Source of the DNA: Lingula anatina
Lineage: Eukaryota; Animalia; Brachiopoda
Assembly (NCBI GenBank): GCA_051362555.1
Contig: CM120644.1
Location: 20,234,534 to 20,298,533 of the forward strand
DNA length: 64,000 nt
Direction: 5' to 3'
The position numbers and the translations under genes were made by a program. Position 1 is the stretch's first letter. Every line of letters begins with the position of its first letter. Shown here piece by piece: positions 63,859 to 64,000 of the stretch. Under the pieces are notes generated by a model. The model did not search any database, had not been told where the DNA came from, and saw only the letters and a list, made by a program, of their open reading frames with translations.

Positions 63859-64000
63859 GTAAGATGTACATGTGTTAATACAATGACCAGTTGATTTATG
63901 TAATAATAAATTTGACAGGACAATACAGTATATGCTGAAGTTATATTTTGTAAATAGAGGAATGTTCGTGTATCAATTTCACTGAGTATTCTCTGAAGTT

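Overview
AT-rich (roughly 35-38% GC by eye), repeat-dense eukaryotic DNA from an animal; the repeat types and gene content suggest a marine invertebrate such as a mollusc (inference). Three minus-strand genes are supportable: an intronless class A GPCR (8362-9849), a three-exon two-domain GNAT acetyltransferase (13009-16165, 292 aa, reconstructed from splice sites), and the 3' end of an unannotated gene built from phase-1 micro-exons (49870-52827). The centre (about 17.26-44.25 kb) is a head-to-tail array of about 9.5 copies of a hairpin-rich ~2.01 kb unit. It holds five near-full-length, decayed Tc1-type transposons from two related families, each with TIRs and a TA duplication. All five lie in one ~560 bp sector of the unit, and two sit at the same TA. 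The rest contains a 41-bp E-box minisatellite, a 27-29 bp satellite with a 171-bp higher-order repeat interleaved with L2 LINE fragments, an RTE fragment, Harbinger/Tc1/other MITEs, a Helentron-like element and microsatellites. Most ORFs in the supplied track are repeat-derived and spurious. No rRNA, tRNA or CRISPR array was recognised.
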